A stretch of 64,000 bases of DNA, from NCBI GenBank assembly GCA_963835575.1, contig CAWIGG010000006.1, positions 256,001 to 320,000 of the forward strand. Direction: 5' to 3'. Below are positions 30,280 through 40,795 of this stretch, piece after piece. The translations under genes were made by a program, and so were the position numbers. Each line of letters begins with the position of its first letter. The first letter of the stretch is position 1. Origin of the DNA: an uncultured Spirochaetota bacterium (GTDB taxonomy: Bacteria; Spirochaetota; Brevinematia; Brevinematales; JAOACQ01). The notes beneath the pieces are model-generated. The model saw nothing but the letters and a program-made list of their open reading frames with translations. It did not search any database and had not been told where the DNA came from.

Positions 30280-31953
30280 TTGCCTGTCGGTTTTTATAAC
30301 ATGCTTCATGGACATACGGCAGGGTTCCCGTTAAAATAAAACGGGAGAAAAAGATGGCAAGATTTGAAAAGAACAGCCTGGAGCAGGGTGAGTTCCTCGC
30401 GATCAATATAGGCGAGCAGTTTGATGAGAATTCCAGAGAATTTATACTAAAAGAATTCATCAAAAACCGTATTAAACTGGAGGATTTCGCGGCTTACTAT
30501 AAGAACGACCATAGAGGCAGAGAGATTAAAAATCCTCGGGATGTGATCTGTGCGGTACTCTACGGTTACATTACGGGAAATCGTATCAGCCGAAAGATAG
30601 AAGATTTGCTGAAAAAACACATTGGGTTTATGTATGTTTCAAACCGGCTGAAAATTGACCATTCGGTAATTTGCGAGTTCAAGGTACTTTTTCAGGAAAA
30701 GATCGAGGAGTTGTTCAGCCAGCTTTTATATATACTCAACGAAATGGGGTCTATAGATTGGGACATGGTAGTGGGTGACGGCACAAAGATCAAGGCCTAC
30801 GCGAGTAAGAATAAGAATGTGGGAAAGAAACATACCCGGAAGCTGATGGACACTTACCAGAAGATGGCGGAAAAGATTGTGAAACAAGACCTGGAACTGG
30901 AAGAATCTTACCGGGAAGGCAAGCTGGAGCAGCCTTATTACGAAGCGGAGAAGAAGCGGGTATCAAGGCGGAAAAAGATTTACGATAGTGTTTTGAACCA
31001 AATCGATGAATACAAAAAACAGGTAGAGAGAGGGGAAAAGACAGACGAAGAATTCACCAACCTGACTGATCCCGAAAGCAAGCTGATGTCTGGAAATCCG
31101 CATAGTGTGTTTATACAGGGATATAATTCGGCGATGATGGTCAGTAATAATGATGTGATTATAGATTTTGAAGCAATCACAACACCGGAAAAACAGCATA
31201 CGGAAGAAATGGTAAAGAGGGTGGAACAGAAAAAAGCGGAATTAAAAGTTGATAAGGCTAGCAAATACCTTTTTGATTCGGGTTTTCAGGACATGGAAGA
31301 GACAATCCGGATGGTGGAGGAAGGAAAGACCTTTATGTGGATACGAAAGAGCGGGATTTCAGTGATAAATCACAGAAGCGAAGAGACTTTAAACTGGAAA
31401 AGATTGATGACGAATATATCCTGGGATGCCGGGGCGGCCGTAAGGAAAATGGGTATTTAGATCGAAATAACCAAAGATATACATTTTTGTATTCACGGAA
31501 GGGCTGTGAAAGATGTCCATTTTTCAGTGAGTGTTATAAAAACATCAAACCGAAAACACAGCAAAAGACAGTAATTTTCAGTGAGTTTGAATTGAATAAT
31601 CGGTCTAAGATTGATGCTTATTTAACAAAACTTTACAGCGAAGAAGGGCAAAAGATATACAACCGCAGGATAGGTAAAGAACACGTATTTTCAAACATCA
31701 AAACACAGAAGGGTTATGTTCAGACAGTTTACAGAGGTCAACGGAAAGTGAATTTGGAGCTATGCTGGGTATCCCTTGCGCATAATTTTATGAAATATGC
31801 CCAATATTTGAGAAAATAGAGAGGATTTTGTATAGTCTGAGTATCGATTATTCGAAATTTATTATTAAAATCAGCTAAGCTGACAAAATTTTTATTTGCC
31901 CGCTTATTGTAAGGGGCTGGTTTGACTCCGAAAATGAAATAACCAACAGGCAA
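30280..31953 (+). mobile_element. IS1182 family element, copy 1 (1674 bp)
   Basis: IRs TTGCCTGTCGGTT / AACCAACAGGCAA; near-identical to 53076-54750. Confidence 0.88.
30354..31819 (+). pseudogene. IS1182 family transposase, frameshifted
   Basis: Split into ORFs 30354..31460 and 31337..31819; GGAAAGAC at ~31325 versus GGAAAAGAC in the intact copy. Confidence 0.88.
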
Positions 31954-32061
31954 GCTGGACAAAAGAAAGTGAACATTCCCGCAAATGTCATTTGTATAAA
32001 TCAAAAAATATTCTTATATTTATATAAGTCCCGCAGGGCAGTGGGATGTAAAGGAGGGCAT

Positions 32062-32622
32062 ATGCGGAGATTGATCGTTTTTAATTCGGTTTCGCTGGAC
32101 GGTTACTTTGTCGATGCTGACGGCGGTATGAGCTGGGCCCGCAATGCTAAAGAGGATAAAGAATGGGACGCTTTCGTCGAAGGCAATGCAAACGGCGGAG
32201 GCCTTCTGGTTTTCGGCAGGATCACCTATGAGATGATGGCAGGCTACTGGCCGACGCCGGCCGCGGCCAGGAATGATCTTCTTGTCGCGGAGCGGATGAA
32301 CAATCTGCCGAAGGCCGTGATTTCCAGGACATTGGACAAGGCGGCGTGGAACAATACAAAGCTGATAAAAGACATTTCGGAAATACGGAAGATAAAGGAT
32401 GAATCCGGGCCCGGCATGGCAATCCTGGGGAGCGGCAGCATAGTTTCGCAGCTGACGCAGGAGCGTTTGATCGACGAATACCAGATTGTGGTGGTCCCCG
32501 TTGTTCTCGGAGGGGGAAGAACGATGTTCGAAGGCGTGAGGGATAAGTTGAGCATGAAGCTGATAAAAACTCGGGCTTTTGCCAACGGAAATGTCCTGTT
32601 GTGTTACGAACCGGCGGTGTGA
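32062..32622 (+). CDS. Dihydrofolate reductase/RibD C-terminal family protein
   Basis: MRRLIVFNSVSLDGYF, FGRITYE, GSGSIV, LIDEY.IVV.PVVLGGG; GGAGG RBS before ATG 32062. Confidence 0.88.
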   Translation: MRRLIVFNSVSLDGYFVDADGGMSWARNAKEDKEWDAFVEGNANGGGLLVFGRITYEMMAGYWPTPAAARNDLLVAERMNNLPKAVISRTLDKAAWNNTKLIKDISEIRKIKDESGPGMAILGSGSIVSQLTQERLIDEYQIVVVPVVLGGGRTMFEGVRDKLSMKLIKTRAFANGNVLLCYEPAV

Positions 32623-32637
32623 AAAATCCAATTAATG

Positions 32638-33190
32638 TTTCACGCAGAGGCGCGAAGACCACAAAGGTTGGTTTTGAGATCTGAACATTACTCAAGACCT
32701 TTGCACAGTAAATTTAAGATAATTCGCTGCCTGATAAAACTTTAGACAATAAATTGCCGCTTTAAACTGGACTTTTGCACGGTTTCTATTTAATTAGCTG
32801 TTCCTGAAAAACCCTATAAGACCTCATAAATATTGGGTTTAAAGGCAAGAATAGTGTAAAATAACTCCCGGAAAATCGAAAAAAACACTTAAAAACCGGG
32901 AGTTTTAATAATAAAGCCGAAAGAAAAAAAGATTAAACTCTGTTAGCAACAATCTCCTTCGCTTAGCGCTGCTTCGCGTGACTTCGCGGAAAACAACGGT
33001 CCGCCAAGCCGCGCGAAGAGACGCGAAGAAGTGAATTTTTGCAAATAACTATGAAAACAGACTTTTTCAGGGTGAACTAATTATCAGTTAATGGTTTGCG
33101 GAAACCGTGCAAAAGTCTTTACTCGATTTTCAAGAGATTCTTTGCGTGCGGCGCCTGTCCCGAGCTTGCCGAGGGACGTCTTTGCGTGAT
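32638..33190. repeat. Multi-layer nested inverted-repeat element
   Basis: Outer CACGCAGAG/CTTTGCGTGA arms; perfect 17-bp IR 32770-32786/33101-33117; IR 32791-32811/33063-33083; inner hairpins 32863-32904 and 32957-33028. Confidence 0.8.
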
Positions 33191-33191
33191 A

Positions 33192-35849
33192 TTATCTAGG
33201 ATTTTTTTCGATGACAGGAAAGAGGATGGAAAAAGCCGTGCCCTTTCCAATGCCGCCGCTCGAGACGCTGATCTTTCCGCCCATTTCCTTCATAAAATTG
33301 GCGCATGTATGCAGGCCGAACCCATGGCCTGTTTTTTTTGTCGTGTAGCCGAATGAAAACAATTTTTTTATTTCCTTGTCTTCAATACCGGCGCCGTTGT
33401 CCGATATGATTAATCTGATAAAACCTCCTGTGGAATTGTCGGCTGCTATCGTCAGGATGCGGCTGGTTTTTTCTATATCCTGCATGGCTTCCAGGCCGTT
33501 TTTAATGATATTTACCAGAATCTGTATCAGCTTGGATTTCTGAGTTTTCAGTTTGAGATTTCCGGGAATATTTTTTATGACCCTGATATCCAGCATATCG
33601 ATCATATCGTTTTTTAATTTTAAAGCGGTATCAACTGCCTCTGTAACGGATATTTCTTCAATCCAGGTCATCCTGTAGTCGTCGACGGCGTAGACATTCA
33701 GATCCTTGACGATCTCTATAATCAAATCTATTTTTTCCTGAAGGGAACGTGCCTCTTTTTCAACTGTGCTTTCTTCCTGCTGGAAATAGCCGCTGAGGGA
33801 TATGAAATATTTAAATATAACTTCCCCTCTCGGATCATTTTCGAAAAAATCCTTAAACCGGTCCTGATTTTCTTTCAGGATATGGATCGCATCCAGGAAT
33901 CCTCCCACATGCGATTTGTTGAGATGGCTGATGATAGTGTCTGAAGAAATGCAGACGCTGTTCAGCAGATTGCCGATATTATGGATCATACCGGCCGCCA
34001 CTTCTGCCATGCCCGCCTTATGGGCATTATCAAGAAGCTCTTTTTGCGCTTCCTTCAGGGCCTTTGTCCGCTCATCAACCATGGTTTCAAGCTTTTTATT
34101 ATAACGGCGCACTTCTTTGATTAAAGAAACGCCCTTGAGAGAGATGCCGAGCTGTTTGGACAGATTTTCGAAGATTGTCTCATCCGTATTGCCGGCCTCA
34201 AGAAGAATAAATCCGACATCCTCGCTTTTAAAATAAAGGGGCAAGAGGAAGTATGCAAAGCGTTTTTCGGAGCGGAAGTTGCCGGGGACAAGATTCCGGC
34301 TGGGGAAAAATTTCTTTTTTGTGTCGATCCGGACATTATCGCTCTGCTGATAATGAAAAAACATCCGGGACAATTTCAGACCGCTTTTTTTATCCCTGCT
34401 GTAAAGTGAAACAAAACAGCTCTGAATGCCCAGTGTGGGAAGCTGTTCCCCGAGGGTTTTTTTAATCTGCTTTTCGTCATAAGCGTAATTAATACCCTGG
34501 TTAACTCTGTCGACTACGACATGCTGAAGTTCGTTATTAATGGCTAAACTTGTCAGTATCTGTTCCGCAAAGACGCCTATCGAAATAAGGGTCTGTTCTT
34601 TCAATTCTCCGATTTTCTGAGTATACTCGGGCAGATTTTCCCTGATAAATGAAAAAAGGTAATTCGCGATCATATAAAAGTATGAAAAATGGATTCCTTT
34701 CTGATAGGTTTTCATGATTAATTTACGGAATATATCGAGAAAAACACCCTTTTCACCGCTGAATACTTCTTTGAAAAGCGCATCGCTTAATTCAAGAGCC
34801 CAATCTGAATAATTGGTATCGGTTTTTATTATCGGGAACAGCGTTTCCAGTAATGCCGGAAGTCTTTCAATTATAGTATATGCTGGCCTGGTGTTTCCTT
34901 TGCTGTTAATATTCTGAATACCGGTTATAAGCGGGTCTGACGAGTGTCCGAACATGTTGGCGCACCCGCATGAATTCCTGATCATCAGAGTCCCGGACAG
35001 GGTCACCGATCTGGGGACATTTTTCCCGTTTATCATTCCCATGATGAGTTCAAAGGCTTTCCGGCTTATTTCATGATAGGGCATTCCGATTGTTGTCAAG
35101 GGCGGATAAACGCTGATAGCGTCATGGATATCGTCGAAACCGGTGACGGCGACATCTTCGGGTACTTTCAAGCCCTGCGCCTGCAGTTCCGAGATGGCAT
35201 CAATGGCCAGGTAGTCATTTGAAGCGATCAGGGCTTTGAATTGCCCCCGTTTTTCATTCAGCAGATAACGGACAGCGCGGTTGCCGATAAATCGTTCAAA
35301 ACGCTCGCAATAATAAACCAGTCCGGGTTCAAAAGGGATCCCATGCATCTCCAGACCTTTTTTATAACCTGTAAGCCTTTCAATGGCATTATTATCGCTC
35401 TGCCGCCCCGCCAGGAAGGCGATTTTCTTGATGCCATGAATCTTGACAAGGTGGTCAACAATTCTGATAATGGCGTTTTCATTGTCAAGTATGATGCTGC
35501 AGCTGTCCGGGATGGATTTCAGGATATGAACGGCGGGGATGGGATGGTATTTTTCAAAAAACTGGGCCGTTTCCTTTTCAGTTATATATCCGCCGACAGA
35601 GCCTGTGAGGCAGATGATACCGTCTACCGTACTGGGGCTGATCAGGTCATAGACCCTGTTTCTCTGCCTGTACGCGCCGATGGTATCCTTGATGGATCCG
35701 CCCAGGACGCCGATAATATTGCAGCCGTTAATTTCCGCCGCATGATTGATGCCTTTCCATAAATTTTTCTGGTAATCATCGTTCATATAATCAATCATAA
35801 CGGCAATGGCCGGCCTGATCGTTTTCTTTTTACCGGAAATCTTATTCAT
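33192..35849 (-). CDS. Cytoplasmic histidine kinase with an N-terminal LacI-type sugar-binding domain
   Basis: ASNDYLA, VPEDVAVTGFDD, PPLTTI; HNIGNLLN H-box; N, G1 (DNGAG), F (GYTTK), G2 (GHGFGL) boxes. Confidence 0.88.
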   Translation of the reverse strand: MNKISGKKKTIRPAIAVMIDYMNDDYQKNLWKGINHAAEINGCNIIGVLGGSIKDTIGAYRQRNRVYDLISPSTVDGIICLTGSVGGYITEKETAQFFEKYHPIPAVHILKSIPDSCSIILDNENAIIRIVDHLVKIHGIKKIAFLAGRQSDNNAIERLTGYKKGLEMHGIPFEPGLVYYCERFERFIGNRAVRYLLNEKRGQFKALIASNDYLAIDAISELQAQGLKVPEDVAVTGFDDIHDAISVYPPLTTIGMPYHEISRKAFELIMGMINGKNVPRSVTLSGTLMIRNSCGCANMFGHSSDPLITGIQNINSKGNTRPAYTIIERLPALLETLFPIIKTDTNYSDWALELSDALFKEVFSGEKGVFLDIFRKLIMKTYQKGIHFSYFYMIANYLFSFIRENLPEYTQKIGELKEQTLISIGVFAEQILTSLAINNELQHVVVDRVNQGINYAYDEKQIKKTLGEQLPTLGIQSCFVSLYSRDKKSGLKLSRMFFHYQQSDNVRIDTKKKFFPSRNLVPGNFRSEKRFAYFLLPLYFKSEDVGFILLEAGNTDETIFENLSKQLGISLKGVSLIKEVRRYNKKLETMVDERTKALKEAQKELLDNAHKAGMAEVAAGMIHNIGNLLNSVCISSDTIISHLNKSHVGGFLDAIHILKENQDRFKDFFENDPRGEVIFKYFISLSGYFQQEESTVEKEARSLQEKIDLIIEIVKDLNVYAVDDYRMTWIEEISVTEAVDTALKLKNDMIDMLDIRVIKNIPGNLKLKTQKSKLIQILVNIIKNGLEAMQDIEKTSRILTIAADNSTGGFIRLIISDNGAGIEDKEIKKLFSFGYTTKKTGHGFGLHTCANFMKEMGGKISVSSGGIGKGTAFSILFPVIEKNPR

Positions 35850-35924
35850 AACAAAAATCCCCGCTTTAATTATATCATAGACCAGTATGAGGATTATCGC
35901 AAGAGAAAAAATTTAAAAAAGATC

Positions 35925-36108
35925 GGAACCACAGATTTCACTGATTACAAGATTACAATTATTAATATGGAAAAAAAAGAAAGGTCCTTGAACATTGTTT
36001 TGACGGCTCTTATTACGGGTTTCATTAAAAATATCAGTGAAATCTGTGCATGGTTCGACAAGCTTGGTTCCCGAGCATGCCGAGGAACACCATGGCGTCT
36101 GTGGTTCC
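35925..36108. repeat. Periodic-arm inverted repeat (CACAGATT units) with TTCGACAAGCT/CCGAGCATGCCGAG palindromes inside the right arm
   Basis: GGAACCACAGATTTCACTGAT... / ATCAGTGAAATCTGTG[insert 36049-36094]GCGTCTGTGGTTCC. Confidence 0.75.
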
Positions 36109-36126
36109 AACCCGATAGAATGTAAA

Positions 36127-37074
36127 TTAAACAAGCCCCGCGCTTTCATCAAACCCGAGCATCAGGTTCATATTCTGCACCGCCGCACCGGAAGCACCTT
36201 TGCCGAGATTGTCCAGGCGGGCGATAAGCAGGATCTGCTCTTCATGACCTGTAACGAAAATTTCCATGTTATTTGTCTCATTGCATCCGGTCGGGCTGAT
36301 AAAACCGTCGCCTATTTTATCCGTCTCTTCTTTTGAAATAATTTTAATAAAACGCTCATTTTTGTAATGTTCCAAAAGTATTTCCCTTAAAGTGCCGGGA
36401 GTGTTTTTTCCCCTGAGCCCTGAGGGATAAAGCGGTATGAAAACCAGAAGGCCGTTATAGAAATTTCCGACTATGGGAACAAAATGAGGGTACTCTGCAA
36501 GGCCGGTGTATTTCTTCATTTCCGGCAGGTGCTTATGATGCAGATTGAGATTTTTAGGCCTTGCGCAGATTTCTTCCCAGACGCTTTTATCTTTAGATTC
36601 AAAATCCGCGATCATCTTTTTCCCGCCGCCGCTGTAGCCTGTGACGACATAAGACACAACGGGATAATTAACCGGTACAATGCCGCGCTGGATAAACGGT
36701 GCGAGCGCGAGTATAAATCCCGTCGGGTAGCATCCGGGATTCGATACCATTTTGGAAGCCTTGATTTTTCCGCGGTTGTTTTTATTCAATTCAGGCATTC
36801 CGTACACCCAATCCGGGTCCGTCCGGAACGCCGTGCTTGTATCAATGACTTTTGCCCCAGTCTTTTTGAGGATTTGAACGGCTTCTTTTGAGGCGTCGTC
36901 CGGCAGGCAGAGAATGACAAGGTCTGCCTGCTTATAGCGCTTTTCCTTTTCAGCCGGGTTCTTTTTATCTTCCTCGGATATTTCGATCATTTCTATATCA
37001 TCGCGGTTTTTCAGCCTTTCGAAAATTTTCAAGCCTGTCGTTCCATGCGCGCCGTCGACAAATATTTTTTTCAT
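36127..37074 (-). CDS. argC: N-acetyl-gamma-glutamyl-phosphate reductase (type 2)
   Basis: FVDGAHGTTG, SNPGCYPTG, TGYSGGG, LDNLGKGASGAAVQNMN. Confidence 0.93.
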   Translation of the reverse strand: MKKIFVDGAHGTTGLKIFERLKNRDDIEMIEISEEDKKNPAEKEKRYKQADLVILCLPDDASKEAVQILKKTGAKVIDTSTAFRTDPDWVYGMPELNKNNRGKIKASKMVSNPGCYPTGFILALAPFIQRGIVPVNYPVVSYVVTGYSGGGKKMIADFESKDKSVWEEICARPKNLNLHHKHLPEMKKYTGLAEYPHFVPIVGNFYNGLLVFIPLYPSGLRGKNTPGTLREILLEHYKNERFIKIISKEETDKIGDGFISPTGCNETNNMEIFVTGHEEQILLIARLDNLGKGASGAAVQNMNLMLGFDESAGLV

Positions 37075-37212
37075 AGGGTTTCCTCTTTTCATAAATTCAC
37101 TGAATAATAAAAATATATTATTTGATTATAACTTTTTTTACGCTTTTTTTCTAATAAGAATGACATTGTAAAATAATGCTGATGATATGCTCTGTTTGAA
37201 ATAAAGCAGGAT

Positions 37213-37917
37213 TCAGGCTTTATCCCGTTTCTTGATGGCGGTATTGAGGTGTGTATAGATGAGTTCCTGATTTTTAGTCGGGAACTGCAGTGCCGCTTCC
37301 AATTCCTTTACGGCTTCCTTGAAGTTTCCCGATTGAAACTCCGCCCAGCCCAGGCTGTCGCGGTAGGCCGCGGAATTCGGGCTTAAAGCCACTGCTTTTC
37401 TGGATTCATTGACGGCTTCCGGCAGGTTGATCCCCAGCTCGGCATAAGTATAACCCAGGTTATTATGAGCGCTCGCGTTATTGGGATCGAATTGAAGCGC
37501 TTTTTTAAAATTAAAAATAGCCAGATCGAATTTTTTGGTCAGGTAGTAAACATAACCCAGGGCTGAAAATGACATGGAGCTTTCGGGATTGATTTCCAGG
37601 GCTTTTTTAAAGCATTTTTCAGCCTTGGAATAGGATGATAACTCCGTATAGATAAAACCGAGGAGCATATTGGTCTGGATAAGCTGTATGATGGAAAGCT
37701 CAGCCGATGTGGTGATTTCTTTAAAACATGCGGCGGCCTTGCTGTATGAGGATGTGTTCGCGTAACAGACACCCAGATAATATGAGATGATATCGTGATT
37801 TCCCAGGTCCTTTTCCAGCTCTGTCAGGTCTTCAATGGCAGGCTGGTATCTCCCCTTATTGATAAAAGTATCCAGTATCGTGTCGATCCTGTTCTGAAGT
37901 TTTGAATTCTTTTTCAT
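37213..37917 (-). CDS. Tetratricopeptide repeat protein
   Basis: Several TPR motifs (ALEINP..., NNLGYTYA, DSLGW). Confidence 0.85.
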   Translation of the reverse strand: MKKNSKLQNRIDTILDTFINKGRYQPAIEDLTELEKDLGNHDIISYYLGVCYANTSSYSKAAACFKEITTSAELSIIQLIQTNMLLGFIYTELSSYSKAEKCFKKALEINPESSMSFSALGYVYYLTKKFDLAIFNFKKALQFDPNNASAHNNLGYTYAELGINLPEAVNESRKAVALSPNSAAYRDSLGWAEFQSGNFKEAVKELEAALQFPTKNQELIYTHLNTAIKKRDKA

Positions 37918-37945
37918 AAATGGTTTTCCCCTCCGCTTATAAAAA

Positions 37946-38005
37946 AACCTGTCCCTCTGCAGTAGAGACGCACGGCCGTGCGTCTCTACTGCAGAGGGAC
38001 AGGTT
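37946..38005. repeat. Perfect 60-bp palindrome containing a GTAG-type REP
   Basis: AACCTGTCCCTCTGCA-GTAGAGACGCACGGCCGTGCGTCTCTAC-TGCAGAGGGACAGGTT. Confidence 0.9.
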
Positions 38006-38029
38006 ATGGTTTATGTGATGGACGGCATT

Positions 38030-38737
38030 CTATTTATTATATTTTGCGGCATTAGTGGAAGTAGTTGTAGTTGCCGAATTTTCTTCCTCATAAACGGAAG
38101 CTTTGTCCCACTTTGTCATGGCAATGCTCCTCTGGGCTGTTTCCTTGACAAAATTAAGATAAGGCCCCTGCGTTATGCGGAGCATATAAACGAAAGAAGA
38201 CTTATCGCCGATTTTGCCCAGAGCCTCGCAGAGATCGGCCACAAGACCGTTATCTTTGACCCCTTCCAGTTCGCTGTGCATGACGTCCAGTACCGACTTC
38301 TTCCTGGCCGCTTCGCCCATTAAGCCCAGCGCCTGAGCGGCAGCTCTTTTAACAGTATTATCCGTTTCATTTCTCAGCATGCCGACCAGATAATTTGCGG
38401 CCCTTTCATCCCCGATGTCGGCCAGAGCCTTTGCGGCGGCGACTTTAAGCTTCCAGTTGTAAAGCTCTTTTCCGCCGGCAACCAGCCTTTTGGTCTGCAG
38501 CATTTCAATCAGCATATCAACGGACTCTTTGGCTTTCAGTTCGCCCAATCGCTTCATGGCCTTGATTCTTATTTCATCATCTTCCGGAGAGGTTGAGCGT
38601 ATCACGTCTATCAGCTGGGGAATCCCGTCCGGGCCGACTGTATCAAGAGCATCTTCTGTTATATTATGCGCTCCATAGAAAAGATTGACTGTAAATAAAA
38701 AGGCAAGCGCGATGAAAAAAATATGACACTTCTTCAT
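38030..38737 (-). CDS. HEAT-repeat protein with signal peptide
   Basis: AAAKALADIGDERA, AAAQALG, EALGKIGD repeats. Confidence 0.85.
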   Translation of the reverse strand: MKKCHIFFIALAFLFTVNLFYGAHNITEDALDTVGPDGIPQLIDVIRSTSPEDDEIRIKAMKRLGELKAKESVDMLIEMLQTKRLVAGGKELYNWKLKVAAAKALADIGDERAANYLVGMLRNETDNTVKRAAAQALGLMGEAARKKSVLDVMHSELEGVKDNGLVADLCEALGKIGDKSSFVYMLRITQGPYLNFVKETAQRSIAMTKWDKASVYEEENSATTTTSTNAAKYNK

Positions 38738-38870
38738 AATTTTCTCCTATTAAGGGTATTTAAACCACTCATATTGTGATTTATTTTCGGAATTTGTCAA
38801 GTATTTCTTAACTGTCGCCAAAAAACTAATATTTATCTTATTTAATTATAATAAATAAGCATCAAACCGG

Positions 38871-40571
38871 CTACCAATTCGACAGCAATGCGTTGGTCAG
38901 GCCGTCTTTCCATGGCCCATCTTTGTAAGGATAAATTCCGAAGCCGGCGCAGAATTCCCAGTAAGCCGTGGCGAATCCGAATTTCTCGGCTGTTGTCCTG
39001 ACAAACCCTGTCCATTTAATACGTGACGGCATATCCGAACTGTTATTAACGCCGCTGTAAGACCCGAACTCGCCGATCCAGACAGGGATATTATGCGCGG
39101 CCGCCCAGTTGGAGACTGTTGTGAATTTGCTGATGATATCGTTTTTACCGCCGGGCATATTAACGTCATGCGTGTTGTAAGCGTTGATCTGATCGGCTAT
39201 CCATGAAGGCGCTCCGGAAGGCATGGGGACTGTGTTAGTGGGATCAGGAAGTATATTGGGCCAGAGGACATTCGAAAGATTCATAATGGAAGGGTCCGAC
39301 CAGTCCGCCGTCTGGTGGGTGAAAATAAACGGGTCGTAAAAATGGAATGTGGCGATCAGATTCGTCCTGGCCGGGAGCGTCAGCTGCTGCAGTCCTGATA
39401 TGCCGTTCCAGTCAACCCCGCCGATGACAATGGTCCGGTATGGGTCTATCGCGCGGATTGCGTCCACTAATGCGGCGGCAATGGTATTCCATTTTGCGGC
39501 CGTCAGGCTCCCGTTGGGCTCATTCAAAAGTTCAAAATAAAGCGTGTCCGGCTTGTCTTTATAGCGGTCCGCTATCTGCTGCCAGATGGATATAAGCCTC
39601 GGAAGATGTGCGTCCGGATCGGTAAACATTTCCAGGTAATGATGGTCATTAATGACAACCGTCAGGTTATTGGCCAGCGCGTTGGAAACGACGCTGTCCA
39701 CGCGTGCAAAAAGTACGGGGTCTATCGTATAGGGCGGGGATGTTAAAGCATTGGTGGACCAGCGGATCGGGATCCGGACAGAATTAAAACCGGCCTGTTT
39801 GATCAGCTGAAAATAATTATCTTCTATTCTGACTCCCCAGCCTTCGCTCGGCGCGGCTTCCAGGCAGTTCCCCATATTGACGCCCCTGCCGAGCTTCCGG
39901 GCCTGAATGAAAGGGTTCTGCTCCGCCCTGGGATGGGTGTAGATCATCGCGGCGCTTCCGGTGTTCAAGTCAATATCCCTGGCATAAACCGTATATGTAT
40001 GGTCAGCCTTGCTGACAATCAGGTTTGTCGACCAGCTTGAAGTCCCGGTGACTTTTGAATAAACGCATCCGTCGACCGAGAGATAAACGCCTTCAATACC
40101 GGTGTTGTCATAAGCTGTTCCATTTAGCGTAAAGTTGGTCTGTATAGACTCGTTATTGGTCGGACTGGATATGGCTGCTATTGGGAAAGAGCTGTCGGCA
40201 GTAACGCTGATCTCATTCGTGGCGCTGTCCGTATCATTAATATTCCTGGAAAATGCATTGATAGTGTGTGTTCCGTCCGCCAGGCTGATATTCCGTGACC
40301 ATTTTTCCTTACCGTCAGCGGGGATAAACGTGTTATTGTCTATCCTGAGATAAACGCTTTTGATCGCCGGATTGCCCGACGCCGTGCCGTAAACATAAAG
40401 GTTTGATGAAACCGTCTGATTGTTTGTCGGTATGGATATGGCAATTGATGGAGGATTGGACTTTTGATCAGCCTGGGCCGGTAAAACACAGGAAGTCAGT
40501 ATGATAAATATCTGGAATATGATGTAAACCCGGATTAAATTTATTACTATTCTTTTCTTCATAGATACCAC
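38871..40571 (-). CDS. GH5 cellulase-family lipoprotein with N-terminal Ig-like domains
   Basis: GVNMGNCLEA, VRIPIRW, ELLNEP, HFYDP..FTHQ, WIGEFG; lipobox ILTSC. Confidence 0.88.
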   Translation of the reverse strand: MVSMKKRIVINLIRVYIIFQIFIILTSCVLPAQADQKSNPPSIAISIPTNNQTVSSNLYVYGTASGNPAIKSVYLRIDNNTFIPADGKEKWSRNISLADGTHTINAFSRNINDTDSATNEISVTADSSFPIAAISSPTNNESIQTNFTLNGTAYDNTGIEGVYLSVDGCVYSKVTGTSSWSTNLIVSKADHTYTVYARDIDLNTGSAAMIYTHPRAEQNPFIQARKLGRGVNMGNCLEAAPSEGWGVRIEDNYFQLIKQAGFNSVRIPIRWSTNALTSPPYTIDPVLFARVDSVVSNALANNLTVVINDHHYLEMFTDPDAHLPRLISIWQQIADRYKDKPDTLYFELLNEPNGSLTAAKWNTIAAALVDAIRAIDPYRTIVIGGVDWNGISGLQQLTLPARTNLIATFHFYDPFIFTHQTADWSDPSIMNLSNVLWPNILPDPTNTVPMPSGAPSWIADQINAYNTHDVNMPGGKNDIISKFTTVSNWAAAHNIPVWIGEFGSYSGVNNSSDMPSRIKWTGFVRTTAEKFGFATAYWEFCAGFGIYPYKDGPWKDGLTNALLSNW

Positions 40572-40795
40572 CTCTCTCTTTACTTCTATAATTATATGAT
40601 TTTTTAATTAATACAGGAATTGAAATACCCGGGCCGGTAAATTATTCTTTCTCTAATAATGATAATATATCTTTTTTTTGAATAGATATCAAGGATGATT
40701 TAATAATTTCCTGATATGAGCGGATATTTTGACTTTTTTCTTTCTAATTATTAGAATATTTTCCGGTTGGGAAATATTTTAATAAGGCTGGATAT

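Noticed and set aside
31300..31345. Programmed frameshift in IS1182 copy 1
   Set aside because: Copy 2 has one continuous 488-aa ORF and copy 1 simply lacks one A, so this is a mutation or sequencing error.
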